From the human T2T-CHM13v2.0 reference genome, Homo sapiens, in NCBI RefSeq assembly GCF_009914755.1, contig NC_060944.1: a DNA stretch of 64,000 nt; one strand, written 5' to 3'. The notes beneath the pieces are model-generated. The model worked only from the letters and a program-made list of their open reading frames with translations. It was not told where the DNA came from and did no database searches. Position 1 is the stretch's first letter. Every line of letters starts with the position of its first letter. Below are positions 63,650 through 64,000 of the stretch, one piece after another. The position numbers and the translations under genes are program-made.

Positions 63650-63751
63650 CTTGTCTTTGTGTTTATACATCTCTGTGTTTATACATCCCTTGTCTTTGTG
63701 TTTATACATCCCTTTGTGTTTATACATCGTCTTGTCTTTGTGTTTATACAT
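63650..63751 (+). repeat. Irregular minisatellite with 5 x TGTGTTTATACAT
   Basis: Cores start at 63658, 63674, 63697, 63715 and 63739. Confidence 0.9.
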
Positions 63752-63869
63752 ACCTGGGAAGGTATCCATGTTCATCAGGAGGCATGTATCCATGTCTGCA
63801 TGTCCAAAATGAGTGTGTGTCATTGTGCATGTGTTTCATGGATCTGCACAGCTGTTAAGAGTTCTGTCT

Positions 63870-64000
63870 CTGTAGCCTGACTCCCTGGGTTGGAATCTAG
63901 GTCTGCCACTTACTGGGTATGACCTTGAGCAAATTACTCAACCCCCTCTCTGCTTCACTTTCCTTATCAGTAAAATGGGCATATTAATAAAACATACCTT
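63870..64000 (+). mobile_element. MIR
   Basis: 'ctgggttggaatctaggtctgccacttactgggtatgaccttgagcaaattactcaacc...taaaatggg'. Confidence 0.85.

Overview
Human/primate genomic DNA, judged from AluS/AluJ, THE1, old L1M, L2, MIR and MER elements. It is fairly GC-rich and repeat-dense. I see no credible protein-coding exon, tRNA/rRNA gene or processed pseudogene. The longer supplied ORFs come from GC-rich sequence, low-complexity tracts, a 45-bp VNTR or decayed repeats. I cannot name the locus from sequence alone. Layout: an ~11-kb block of fossil L1M (8.66-19.75 kb) carrying nested Tigger4b, FLAM, THE1, MLT1, MLT2 and Alu insertions; an apparently gene-less CpG island at ~20.8-22.4 kb with a CTCF-like site and adjacent POU and SOX motifs; then L2/MIR/LTR-rich DNA with a few unique motif-dense islands (32.6-32.9, 35.4-35.8, 46.4-46.7, 48.8-49.0, 57.1-57.3 kb) and an 11 x 45-bp VNTR inside an L2. 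The most unusual signals are several locally templated copy scars (a 40-bp inverted copy at 19.7 vs 20.35 kb, a perfect 33-bp direct copy at 32.4 vs 33.3 kb, a fold-back at 34.9 kb), an AluJ with ~90 extra bp between its tail and its target-site duplication (TSD), and a tailless L1 piece flanked by a perfect 10-bp repeat. I do not see a convincing new multi-gene system. Repeat subfamily names come from recalled consensus sequences and need RepeatMasker/Dfam confirmation.
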